Assembly: GCA_035221665.1 (NCBI GenBank)
Contig: CM069158.1
Span: 17,980,001 to 18,044,000 of the forward strand
Direction of reading: 5' to 3'
DNA length: 64,000 nucleotides
Source of the DNA: Okamejei kenojei
Lineage: Eukaryota
The position numbers and the translations under genes are program-made. The notes under the pieces are model-generated. The model did no database searches and was not told the origin of the DNA. It saw only the letters and a list, made by a program, of their open reading frames with translations. Positions 50,001 through 61,672 of the stretch are shown in pieces. The first letter of the stretch is position 1. Each line of letters opens with the position of its first letter.

Positions 50001-50647
50001 CAAATCTAATATTAACAGTAAACCAAAGAAATTTCTTGGATTACTGTTTGATAATAGGGAAAAAATTAATATTGAAATTTTGGAAGGGAACATTATCCCC
50101 CACAATTAAAATGTGGACAGTGGAAATGTTGGAGACATTGCATTTGGAAAGAATCAGATTTGTCCTAATGGACAAATACGAACTCTTTGAACAGATATGG
50201 TCTCCATATACAGAATATTTGAAGGGATAGCTGTTCTTGGCATCACAACTCAATGGGTACCTGGCAGGATTAGATGAAAATAATAATTATATATTTTTTT
50301 GGATTTGTATGCATGTATCTATTGATATCGTTATTTGAAATGGTGTTATTCACTATTAAGATGAATAATATATACTATAATCTTTTTTTTTTCTTTTTTT
50401 CTTTTTTTCTCTTCTCTTTCTCTCTCTATATAATCAAAATTATTATTTAATCACCATTCTTATTGATTAAAATCTATTCTTTTCTTTCTAAAAAATACTT
50501 TCTACTTTCTACTTTCTAAAAAATAGAAGTTTATAAGAATTATTTGTAACATCCGTATACTTATTGAAATAAGTTGGTTGTGTATTTGAAAAGTTGTTAT
50601 ACCGTTGTTATGATGGATTACTTCTAATAAAAATATTATTAAAAAAA
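47026..50647 (+). mobile_element. L1-clade LINE, internally deleted (5'UTR and start of ORF1 fused to post-endonuclease ORF2)
   Basis: 15-bp TSD AGAATTGCCAAGCAC (47011-47025, 50648-50662); RT motifs KAAGPDG, YRAIALLNTD, SLDAEKAFD, RGCRQGCPLSP, YADD; C-terminal CDKC...H...C; AATAAA and A-tail; several frameshifts. Confidence 0.93.
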
Positions 50648-51549
50648 AGAATTGCCAAGCACATACGTAGCTTGTTACCAAATGTTGATTGCCTAGTTTC
50701 CAATGTCAAGAAAATCTTCCTCAAAGCACCGTCATGTGTGCAGTTGTTCAAGGGAATGGCACCCGAGATTCTGCTACCTCCTCTGCCTGTTTTGCCTAGG
50801 TGCGTACATGGCTCTCTGCTGTACTCTACTATGCTGCAAATTTTGAAAAAATAAAATATATCTGTTTGAAGAAGAAGAATCTGCTGTAGTCAGGATCGTC
50901 AGTGAAATCATGCAGTAAACGTCCCTCCACTGCAATCTTGTGTTTATTGCTTCCAATTTTGCAAACTTCCCACAAGCTATCACTTCCCTTGAGAAATGTG
51001 ACAAAACAATGTGAATAACTTGCAAGTTTTGCCAAGTGAATAACATAGCAACTGACGATATTCGTAAAGTTCCTGGCGATACAGGTAAAGACATGCAAGG
51101 AAAATGTGAGAGAGTGATTTTAGCTAACAAAGATCTTGAAGAAATACAAAACATAGCTAAAGTTCTCAAAGGTAGTTGCAATGCACAAGATATTGACATG
51201 AATGTAGTCTGTAGCTTGTTTTTGGGTATGCACCAGTGACCTCTGCTGAGGTACATAGACGTAGTTCACAACTGAAGCATATTCTGTCTGACAGACGGCA
51301 TAATTTAATACCAGATAATTTGGAAACAAAAATGCAAAAAAATGAAAAAAAATTATGTGTAACCACTTTGGTCGTTTAATGTAGTATAACTATATTATCA
51401 TTTTAAAACATATTTTGGTGGTGGAAATACATGCCTTTTTATTGTCAATAAATGCCTTTTTCGTGCCTTTTTTGTAATTTTATTATGCCTTTTTGCCTGC
51501 TTATTTCAGTGTTTTTAGTGCCTAAACATCCTGGCTCTACTCATCATTT

Positions 51550-51815
51550 TAGTTTCGTTTAGAGACGCAGCGCGGAAACAGGCACTTCCGACCACCGAGT
51601 CCGCGCCGGCCAGCGATCCCCGCACATTAACACTCTCCTACACCAATTAACCTACAACCCTGTGAGGAAAACGAAGATCTCGGAGAAAGCCCACACAGGT
51701 CGCGTGGAGAACGTACAAACTCCGTGCAAACAGCACCCATAGTCGGGATAGAACCCGGGTCCCCGGAGCTGCATTCGCTGGAAGGCAGCAACTCTACCGC
51801 TGCGCCACCGTGACC
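51550..51815 (-). mobile_element. HE1/V-SINE-like SINE
   Basis: Minus strand CACGGTGGCGCAGCGGTAGAG...ACCCGGGTTCTATCCCG...GGAGTTTGTACGTTCTCC; CR1-like tail. Confidence 0.8.
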
Positions 51816-52521
51816 GTTCGTCATCCTCTGCTCACTGGTCGGAGCCTCGTCATTTTGTTTGTCGAATGACCGCCCCCAAATGCACTGCTTCTGTGTTTCA
51901 GTTTCAGCTTTCTTGGGCCGAAGCCATGTTCTCATTTACATTTTCTCTACTTCTATCAACTAGACACCTTTACTGCTTTGCTCGATCATTATGTTCCCTG
52001 TCCATCAGCTCTGCAGTCTGGCTCAGAACCCGCCACCGCAGCTGCAAGAGCACTTATTCCCGGGGTTAGCTCAACAAATTAATTAATTAAGTTCCGAATT
52101 TTAAATAATGGGTGAATTCCTGACGCCTTTAATTGAAAGGGACACCGGAATTGGCAGGAGCAGGGTGGAGGAAGTGGGTGGAAAAGAAAGGATTGGAATG
52201 AGGAGTGTGGAGACATCCTGAGGAGTAAGTCACAACCGAGCGGATAGAAAAGTGGGCAAGGAAGGAGTTTGAAATCCGTTGGGATGAGGGACAGAGGGAG
52301 GGGTAGAGTGAGAATCAAGCATCCCTATCACAGACGAGTGCTTTTGTCACAAGCATCCCTGGCACAGACGGATGCCCAAATATTTGTTCGTGGGTCAGTG
52401 GGTCTTGAAACCACTTCCGCATAATTTATAAACTATAATTAAAGTGACTTTGTGAAAAGTGAAAGATTGCAAAGTTTTTATCCGATACAAAGATGCGAAT
52501 TGCATCATGTTTCCTACTCCC

Positions 52522-52549
52522 AGTTTTTGTTTTACCTTCTCTCACTCCG
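52522..52549 (-). other. Degenerate recombination signal sequence (12-bp spacer)
   Basis: Minus strand CGGAGTG (5/7 heptamer) + AGAGAAGGTAAA (12 nt) + ACAAAAACT (8/9 nonamer), immediately after YYCTKWFS. Confidence 0.7.
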
Positions 52550-52790
52550 ATGAAAACCACTTCGTACAGTAATAGACGGCAACGTAATTCACCTTCGCCT
52601 TGTTTATGATCAACTCGTAAACGGCGGGGGAGCTGTTGAACCGCAAGGAAAAACGGCCGCTGTTCAACTCAGACCCGTAGCTTGGGCCAGTCCAGGTATG
52701 ATGGTTAGAGACAATGCATTACGCATTCGTCCGTGTCTCCTGGATTCACCGACACGGCCACAGGTTGAGTTCGTGTCTGAAACTCCCCAG
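52550..52790 (-). pseudogene. Unjoined Ig sigma-like V pseudogene segment
   Basis: TTTTACAG acceptor; QTRTQPVAVSVNPGDT..(CDR1-FR2 deleted)..PSYGSELNSGRFS...VYELIINKAKVNYVAVYYCTKWFS; no leader, J or C attached. Confidence 0.85.
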
Positions 52791-53672
52791 CTGTAAAAGA
52801 GCAGGAATTCAACTTTAACCATTGATTGACTCTTTAATGCGAACTCAACAGCCCACATCACATGAAAGTTTATACAAGTTGCGGGAAATCGATGTCACAG
52901 TCTCTCCCCCCCCCCCCCCCCCACCCCGGAATAGTAGGGTCTGATACAAGAGGTCATAGATTTAAGGTGAGAGGTGAAAAATGTAAAGGAGACATGAGGG
53001 GTAGTCACGTATTCCCAGACACAGTGGTGAGTATATGGATCGAGCTGCAAGAGGAGATCGTATCGGTGATAGAATTACAACCGTTGAAAAAGCATTTGGA
53101 TAAGTACATGGGTGGGAAATATGTAAAGGGATATAGATCAAATGCAGGAAAATGGGAAATCAGGAATCTTGGTTGACATGGAAAATTCAGGTTAAATTGT
53201 CAGTTTGGTGCTGTTTAATTAACTAAATCTATGATCTCAGTCCAAATGTGAGGACGAACTTTGGTCTTAGTTAAGATATTCTGTCGGACAGACCAAAACA
53301 CTCGATGGGAGCTCATTAATCTTTGAGGGGAGGACACATTCCATCTTCCGGACTGCGTCCAATTTTCAGGCCCACACGAAGGCCATCGGAAATGGTCCAG
53401 CAATCTAGAAAGTATCTGCAACCATCGATAAGACGAGCTGTTGGAGGTGTGAGGAGCATCTCCGGACTGAGGGATGGAGTGTGGCAACAACTGAATCAGG
53501 AAAATGGAGGGAGAAGGTGGGGAATATCAGAAAACAAACGACCATTGTGTCAACGGGTTGTGTTTACCAGGTCTGTCAGTGGCTGACATTGTCACCGCCT
53601 CAACCCGACTGTGTCTGATGGCGAATGGGACGGTTTCAGAACTGCGCTCTGGTCGCTCGGTGTGACCCACCC

Positions 53673-53714
53673 TGATTTGCACGGATTTCCTCCCTGTGTG
53701 AATGGCTCTATAAG
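53673..53714 (+). promoter_or_regulatory. IgL copy 3 promoter remnant
   Basis: TGATTTGCAC 53673-53682 and TATAAG 53709-53714. Confidence 0.7.
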
Positions 53715-53781
53715 TGGGACCCATCGGCAGCGGCGTCTGTTACAGCGGCTGGAGTGAGGCGGGGAGCTGGAGGTAGCAACC

Positions 53782-54940
53782 AGGCGAACGCTGCGCTTTT
53801 TCTGATCTCTGGCAGTGGCTGGGCTGTACATACAGTCGGCAAGTCTACCCCGCCAGCGGTTGTGATGTGGGCTCTTGGGGTCACATTAAAGAGTCATTGG
53901 TTAAAGTTCAATTCCTGCTCTTTTACAGCTGGGGAGTGTCAGACTCTGACTCAACCTGCGACCGTGTCGGTGAATCCAGGAGACACGGCCACATTGATAT
54001 GTTGCATCGATATAAAGCATGGCAATTATGTTCATTAGTTTAAGCATTCACCGGGAACAAATCCTCAGCGGGTCCTCCATTACTCAAGTTCACAAGTTCA
54101 TAGAAAAATAGGTGCAGGAGGAGGCCATTAGGCCCTTTGAGCCAGCACATCCTTTCATCTAAAATCAGTGCACGTTATATGAGTAGAATTAGGCCATTCG
54201 GTCCATCGAGTCCACTACGCCATTCAATTATGGCTGACCTCTGCCTCCTAATCGCATTTTCCTGCCTTCTCCTCATAACCCTTCACTCCCGTTCTAATCA
54301 AGAATTTGTCTATCTTCACCTTAAAAATATCAATTGAATTGGCCTCTGTAGCCTTCTGTGACAAAGAATCCCACAGATTCACCAACCTCTTATTTTTCAC
54401 CCTCAGAAATTTCTCCTCATCTCCTTCCTAAAATAACTTCCTTTAATTCTGAGCCTATGACCTCTAGTTCTAGACTCTCCCACTAGTGGAAACACCCTCT
54501 CCACATCCACTCTATCCAAGCCTTTCACTATTCTACGTTTCAATGAGGTCCCCCCTCAAACTTCAAAACTCCAGCGAGCAGAGGCCCAGTGCTGTCAAAC
54601 GCTCAACATATGCTAACCCACTCATTCATGGAATCATTTTTGTAAACCTCCTCTGGACCCTCTCCAGAGCCAGCACGTCCTTCCTCAGATATGGGGTCCA
54701 GATTTGCTCACAGTACTCCAAATGCGGCCTGACCAGCGCCTTATAGAGCCTCAGCATTACATCTCTGTTTTTTTTTGTATTCCTGTCCTCTTGATATAAA
54801 TGCTAGCATTGAATTTGCCTTCCTTACTACCGATTCGACTTCCAAATTAACTTTTTGGGAGTCCTGAACCAAGTACCTTTGCACCTCCGATTACTGGATT
54901 CTCTGGATCGAGTTGATGGATGTTCGGACCAGGGACCAAG
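53782..54940 (+). pseudogene. Ig sigma-like copy 3: dead leader and VJ-joined exon disrupted by CR1
   Basis: Leader lacks the ATG and has a TGA; V 53929-54085 (QTLTQPATVSVNPGDTATLIC, conserved Trp changed to TAG); after the CR1, TAC TGG ATT CTC TGG...TTC GGA CCA GGG ACC AAG (FGPGTK) with the donor deleted. Confidence 0.85.
54086..54890 (-). mobile_element. CR1 3' fragment(s) inside IgL copy 3 V
   Basis: Same subfamily as 39388-39960 ([33 protein letters not shown]). Confidence 0.88.
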
Positions 54941-56211
54941 TGTATGGGAAATCCTTTCGACTCGGTCCTGATGCAGTATCCGGATCGGAAGAATTGTTTC
55001 CTCAATTCTCTCCGCAGATGCTGCTTGCCTCGCCCATTTGAACCAGCAGTTTTATTTTGCTGCTGATTAGATTTTTTAAAATATCTATCTACACACACAC
55101 TCACCCACACACTCCCACTCACCCCTCCCCCTATCCTCTCAGTTTTCGCTGTTAATGAGGACATGGATTAAATGTTAACACAGATACGCTGATTATTGTC
55201 TATCCGCTGATATCAATTATGTGTAAATCATGTGTAAATCATCTAATAATTTGCTCTTTATTAGTGGTGTGTTTTCTCATCCATTAGTGTTGACCCTTCT
55301 TTCCGCTACTAAATGTAGTTATTGCAAGATTCTAAAACCTCTGTCAATTTAAGGCTACGTGTTCGCCGGAGGCCAAACAGTAATAAGTTTCAGCCCAGTG
55401 GCCGGAAGATTCTTTCTGCCATTTCTAAGCGTTAATATGGTTAGCGCTTGTTAACAATTGTTCACTCAGTTTGGGTTCTTTCATTGCGTCCGACTAATGG
55501 TATTTTTGTATTGAAATGCTGATTACACTTGGCAGTGTTTTCCGTCCCGCTCTTGTTCACTCGGTGCGGCCGTGTTACTTGCTATCGAATGTTATTACCA
55601 CAGTTAATGAGAATAAAACCCCCCACAAATGCTAGAAATATCAAATCAATGCTGCAAATACTGCAAGCATGTGGAAAGAGAAACGATTGTCGTGTCAGTT
55701 TCTAGACTCTACGACTCCGACCTGAAACGTTAATTCTGTAGCATTTTTAGCTGAGAAAGAACAATGTTCCTGCTTCTCCTGCTTTATCACTAAATATCTG
55801 GGAATTTTGCTTCGGTTTTTTAACATGCAATAAATGTTCTGTGTTGCTAATTTTGCACTGGCTGTTAATTAGTTTCTACTATTATGGTGATAAGTGCTGG
55901 ATTATTCTTTGCTCCAGTTGAAGTAACTAATTCTGTCGTTTTATGTTCACATGCGCAGTGACGTTGCAATGCGATTATCACCTTCCTTAAAATACTTTTG
56001 CTGGTGTTTTGAACAGTTGATGTAGACCATCTGGAATTATTTTCCAAGGCTGAATGGAGAGCGTGCTGAATTAATTTATGTGGTTAATTTGCAGTTTATG
56101 CCCTCAACGCTACTACTTCTCGAGCCGTCCTGTTGGTTTCATTGTTGTATCTATTCGTTGTCACCCTTTTCCAACGGTCACAAAACATGGTCTCCAACTT
56201 TCCTCGATCAT

Positions 56212-56470
56212 GGTTTAGTTTAGAGATATCACGCGGAAATTAGGTCCTTCGGGCCATCGACCAGCGATCCCCGCACAGTAACACTATCTTACACACACTA
56301 GGAACCAACAAACCTGTACGTCTTTGGAGTGTGGAAGGAAACTGAAGATCTCCGAGAAAACCCACGGGGAGTACATAGGAGCACATACAAAACTCTGTAC
56401 AGATAACACCGCAGTCAGAATGGAACCCGGGTCTCTGGCGCTGTAAGCGCTGAAAGATAACAACTTTAGC
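56212..56470 (-). mobile_element. HE1/V-SINE-like SINE
   Basis: AGCGCCAGAGACCCGGGTTCCATTCTGAC B-box region, V domain and TCTCTAAACTAAAC tail. Confidence 0.75.
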
Positions 56471-56875
56471 ACTATGCCAGTTTGATTTGTGCTTCTCATG
56501 CCTTCCATTCATTTGTTGTGTGTGCCCTTTTATACCTCTAATTCCCCTCTTGCATGACTCTCGGTCTGAACAAGGGTCTCCACCCGAAATGTCACATATC
56601 CCTTTTCTCGAGAGATGCTGCCTGACCCCTGAGTTACTCCAGCATGTTGTATCTATTCCCAACACTATTAAACTGTTTGGTTAACAATGGCGGGAATGTA
56701 TTTATATTACATTTTATAATGTGAGTTTTTAAAGAGGTCTTGTATCAATTGCTCATGGGTTAGAGCGACGTGAAGCCTTTCTTGGTGCGCTCCCTTATTT
56801 TAGCAGACGCGGCAAAGGGCTGGGAATGCATCCCAGACGCAAGAATTACGTTAAGGAGCGGGCAATAACTCTTAT

Positions 56876-57232
56876 AGAAACATATCAATTTATTAAGGGA
56901 TTGGACACGCTAGATGCAGGAAATATGTTCCGGATGTTGGGGGAATCCAGATCCAGGGGCCACACATTACGAATTAGGGATAGGCCATTTGGAACGAGAT
57001 GAGGAAAAACTTTTTCACCCAGAGTGTTGTGAATGTGGAATTCTCTGCCCCAGAAGGCAGTGGAGGGCAATTCTCTGGATGCTTTCAAGAGAGAGTTAGA
57101 TGGAGCTCTTAAAGATAGCGGAGTCACGAGATATGGCGAGAAGGCAGGATTGTGATGATCAGCCATGATCATATTGAATGGCGGTGCTGGCTCAAAGGAC
57201 ATAATGGCCTGCTCTTGCACCCATTGTCTATT
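56876..57232 (+). mobile_element. CR1 3' fragment
   Basis: LIETY...KGLDTLDAGNMFRMLGESRSRGH...FKRELDGAL...GYGEKAG-like end and 3'UTR. Confidence 0.85.
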
Positions 57233-57352
57233 GTCTAATATCTTGATTTTCACATTTTTGATATTTTGTTTAGTGAGTCTGTGCCTGCGATGCTGCTGCA
57301 AGGAAGATTTTCGTTGTACCTTTACCCATTTTGTAACATACCTAATTACCCC

Positions 57353-58387
57353 GTAGTTACAAAACTTACCTTGAGCCGCGCTGCAGTTCTGTCACTGGCC
57401 GTGTGCGTGACTGGTGCCTTTGACGAGGGGGTGGGGGGGTTGAAATGCGGTTTTTCCCTACCTTCCGGAATTATATTTTCTCGGAGTGCGAGCTTTTGCT
57501 GGAGATTTGTTTCAAGTATGTGAAATATTTTTTTTTTAAATCGCCCGACTATTTCAGCGCTGGAGTAAAATAAAAATTAGTTTCTATGCTGTGAACGCCG
57601 ACAACGGTGACGGATTTTATGTAGGGGACAGGTAAAGGAAATCCGTTTATTTTTCATATAAACGTGCTTGTTAAGATGGCCTTAATCAACATTTCATGTT
57701 GCAAAACGGTGATTTATTCCCCATGCCAACCAGCAGTATTTTTCCTGCCGATATGGAGATTAAATTCACCGTAACCTCGACGTTCCAATCTATCGCGTTC
57801 CATAAAAACCCACTGGCAAGCTGATTTAAATGCCCATTAATTTACGGGCATTAAACACTAAATTCCTTCAATTTGGCCTATAAATTAATGACAATGAGAT
57901 TTAAAAATCGTGTTATATTGTGAATTCTTGTGTGAATGTTATTTGGACACTTAGGCTTTTAAAAAAATATTAATATTTTCTTAAGAAATGGATAGATGTT
58001 TAGATCTAGTAATTGAATTTCATAATCAGCTACAATTGGGTAACTAACTAATTATATGCTTTAATTTCAGGTCATCCAAATAAGATTGTTTCATATTTGT
58101 TTCAGAATGCTTCAATCTATAATAACTGAAAATTTCTTTCAGTTCTCTTAATTTTTAAGAAGGTTATGGGCTTTTGACTGTCTTCATCACAGCTTTTGTG
58201 TTAAGTCAATGGAAAAGCAATAGGGATCAAGATGCTAATTACCAAGTATGAAAATGGCCATAACTTTTTTAATACTGAAGATATGAAAGAGAATTAGGTG
58301 TCAAATTAAACTTCTTTTTATGCTTTATCTGATGGGATAAATTGCAGACTTTATTTTTTTCATTTCAAAATTTTGTAACATTGCTAC
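57353..58387 (+). mobile_element. Non-autonomous TIR DNA element, copy A (family unassigned)
   Basis: Ends (GTAG)TTACAAAA...TTTTGTAACATTGCTAC; about 1 kb and closely similar to 59629-61672. Confidence 0.7.
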
Positions 58388-58539
58388 GTACTTGTGCACA
58401 TAGCAATAAACGCGACTTAAAATAGCTCCACTGGGTAAAATAAAATATTTGTATATATGCCCAATGATTTCTTGGGCTGCCTCGTTTAAGAAGTTTCCGG
58501 TTGTTCCAGGGGAGTTTATAACCGAGCACTTCGAGTTTT

Positions 58540-58855
58540 AGAATTTTCAAGATACTGCGCGGAAACAGGCTCTTCAACCACCTAGTCCATGTCAACCAGT
58601 CACCCCCGCACAGTAATACTACCCGACACACACACTAGGGGCAATTTACAATTTTTACCGAAACCAATTGACCCTCAATCCTCAAACCAGGTGTGAGGGA
58701 AAACCAGAGCAACCGGAGAAAACCCACGCGGTCAACAGGGGGGGGGGGGGGGGGGGGGGGGGGAGGGAGTACAAACTTTGTACAGACAGACAGGGTCAAA
58801 CCTAGGTCTCTTGCGCGGAAGGCAGCAACTCGACCGCAGCGCCACCGTGCCGCCA
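58540..58855 (-). mobile_element. HE1/V-SINE-like SINE
   Basis: Minus strand GGCGGCACGGTGGCGCTGCGGTCGAGTTGCTGCC head. Confidence 0.75.
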
Positions 58856-59196
58856 AGTGTGTTATTCATTTCCTTAACTTTCGTGTCAGCTTTCTACCAA
58901 AAATCTTTTCTTGGCACACGGCCCGTCTTCAGTTTTTACCTCTCTCCCACCCTCGGTTGGGGTGAGGTGGGGCGAGGAAACAAGCCCTCGGGTTGATGAG
59001 AACCACGCTTGTAAAGAATAAAATTAAAAAACGGATCCCCAAAGAATAAGTGCAAGTCAAATTTGTAATGCTTCTGTCTTGACAAGGTCTCCGTCAGCTG
59101 AAAGGAACGAGGCCCTGTCACTCATTTTTTAGGAGGCAGCCCCACCCCCCCCCCCCCCCCCACACACTTAAACATGTCATCTCTTGTCCCTTGCAG

Positions 59197-59515
59197 CTCC
59201 GCAGCTCCCCGGCCCTTCAGTGAAACTGCTGTGCCCATCAGACTAGGAGATGTTCGCTAAAGGAGCGGGCACCTTTGCTTGGTCAGTAAACTGTCCGTGG
59301 GCTTCCCCACCATCAGCTGGGCAGTGGCCGGGAGTCCGCTGAGCAGTGAGGTGCAAACCAGCGCAGTGAGGCACGACACGGACAACACCTTCAGTCTCAG
59401 CATCTACCTGACGGTGCGCGGCACAGACAAGAGTAGTGAGAAGTTGTACTCCTGCACAGTTCAACAAGGAGCAGCCTCGAAAATATCCACCACAATCTCA
59501 CAATCCAGCTGTTAA
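59197..59515 (+). pseudogene. Ig sigma-like constant exon, copy 3 (pseudogene)
   Basis: TTGCAG acceptor; homologous to 43122-43444 but with a TAG after PSD and a 4-nt deletion near TLVCL; ends SKISTTISQSSC*. Confidence 0.9.
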
Positions 59516-59628
59516 AGTGAGCGTGGCTCCAGGCGTGTTTGCACCCTGATTAACGGGAAGTCACTGCTTCTCATCTTTCACTGCGTTGCATCTTTTTGCC
59601 ACCCACCCCTCTCAGTTCATTGAACCAT

Positions 59629-61672
59629 GTAGCTATGTTACAAAACTTATCTTGAGCTGCGCTGCAGTTCTGTCACTCCCTGTGTGCGCGACTTTGGCGC
59701 CTTTCAGCGGGGGGCGGGTTTAAAATGCCATTTTTCTCCAGACAGGGCAAATAGATCCGTCTCAGGGGATTTCGTTGATAAAGAGAAATCGCTCCGACAT
59801 TTGTTTTATGAAGGTATTTTCAAACTACGCTAGATCATTTATTAGCTAGAGTCATTTAAAAATCATCTTCTAAAGCTATGAGCGCCGACAATGGAAAGGA
59901 TTTTACGTAGGGGATAAAATAAGGTACACAGTTTATTTTTACATAAAAACGTGCATCTAAACATAGAAACATAGAAATTAGGTTCAGGAGCAGGCCATTC
60001 GGCCCTTCGAGCCTGCACCACCATTCAATATGATCATGGCTGATCATCCAACTCAGTATCCTGTACCTGCCTTCTCTCCATACCCCCTGATCCCTTCAGC
60101 CACAAGGGCCACATCCAACTCCCTCTTAAATATGGCCAACGAACTGGCCTCAACTACCTTCTGTGGCAGAGAATTCCACAGATTCACCACTCTCTGTGTG
60201 AAAAACGATTTACTCATCTCGGTCCTAAAAGACTTCCCCGTTATCCTTAAACTGTGACCCCTTGTCCTGGACTTCCCCAACATCGGGAACAACCTTCCTG
60301 CATCTAGCCTGTCAATATAACCATATAACATATAACAATTACAGCACGGAAACAGGCCCTCTCGGCCCTTCCAGTCCGTGCCGACCATTTGTTTTCCCCT
60401 AGTCCCATCTACCTGCACTCAGACCATACCCCTCCATTCCCTTCACGTCCATATACCTATCCACTTTACTTTTAAATGTTAAAATCGATCCTGCCTACAC
60501 CACTTCTGCTGGTAGCTCATTCCACACAGCCACCACCCTCTGAGTAAAGAAGTTCCCCCTCACGTTACCCCTAAACTTCTGTCCCTTAATTCTCATGTCA
60601 TGCCCGCTTGTTTGAATCTTCCCTACCCTCAATGGGAAAAGCTTATCCGCCCCCTTAAGCTGTCCAACCCCTTAAGAATTTTGTAAGTCTCTATGAGATC
60701 ACCCCTCAATCTTCTAAATTCTAGCGAGTACAAGCCAAGTCTATCCAGGCTTTCTTCATATGGAAGTCGTGCCATCCCAGGGATCAGTCTGGTGAACCTT
60801 CTCTGTACTCCCTCTATGGCAAGAATGTCTTTCCTCAGATTAGGAGACCTAAACTGTACGCAATACTCCAGGTGTGGCCTCACCAAGACCCTGTACAACT
60901 GCAGTAGAACCTCCCTGCTCTTGTACTCAAATCCTTTTGCTATGAATGCCAACATACCATTTGCCTAAGGAATACTAAGGAAGCCTTTAATCAAATTTTC
61001 ATGTTGCGAAAAGGGGACAAAAAAAAAAACGAACTGGCAGTGTTTTTCCTGCCGACTGTGGGTTAAATTCACCGCAAACTGCAACATTCCAATCCACTGC
61101 GTTCCACTAAAACCCACTCGCGTTGATTTAAATGGCCATTAATTTACGGGAATTAAACACTAAATTCCTTCCATTTGGCCTATAAATTCATGAAAATTAG
61201 ATTTAAAAATCATGTTATATTGTGAATTATTGTGTGAATGTTATTTGGACACTTAGGCAATTAAATTTTTTTTATCTTTTCTTAAGAAATGGATAGCTGT
61301 TTAGATCTAGTAATTGAATTTTGTAATTAGCTACAATTAGGTAACTGACTAATTATATGCTTTAATTTCAGGTCAACCAAGTAAGATTGTTTCATATTTG
61401 TTTCAGAATGCTTCAATCTATAATAACTGAAAATTTTATTGAGTTCTCGTAATTTTTAAGAAAGGTATGGGCTTTTGACTGTCCTAGATCACAGCTTATG
61501 AGTTAAGTCAATGGAAAGGCAATGGGGAACAAGATGCTAATTTCCGAGTATGAAAATGGCCATAACTTTTTAATACTGAAGATATGAAAGTGAAACTTCT
61601 TTTTATGCTTTATCTGATGGGATAAATTGCAGACTTGATTTTTTAAATCTCAAAATTTTGTAACATTGCTAT
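59629..61672 (+). mobile_element. Non-autonomous TIR DNA element, copy B, inserted in the copy 3 3'UTR and interrupted by nested CR1s
   Basis: GTAGCTATGTTACAAAA...TTTTGTAACATTGCTAT with ACCAT on both sides. Confidence 0.7.
59960..60966 (-). mobile_element. CR1 3' fragment with a second CR1 nested at ~60316-60655
   Basis: [34 protein letters not shown]...LRGDLIETYKILKGLD | RLDAGRLFPMLGKSRTRGHSL...GTGY*. Confidence 0.88.

Larger units (their letters stand above)
45871..51539 (+). mobile_element. hAT-superfamily DNA transposon (DUF659/CGGBP-like transposase, decayed), split by an L1
   Basis: TIR T(G/A)GAGCCAGGAT...ATCCTGGCTCTA; 8-bp TSD CTCATCAG/CTCATCAT; transposase motifs ISIDETIDAVGRYVANVVIG...LFVTDAA.YM...HLTCLAQGLHRIA|KHIR...KKIFLKAPS. 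Confidence 0.85.

Noticed and set aside
51740-51815. tRNA gene (also at 8670-8733 and 58790-58855)
   Set aside because: The A/B boxes are SINE heads that continue into a V-domain and CR1-derived tail; no full cloverleaf.
58738-58768. Long G/C homopolymers as functional G-quadruplexes (also 6466, 11175, 21256, 52906)
   Set aside because: Mostly inside repeats, not conserved between paralogous arms, and their lengths are unreliable in assembly.
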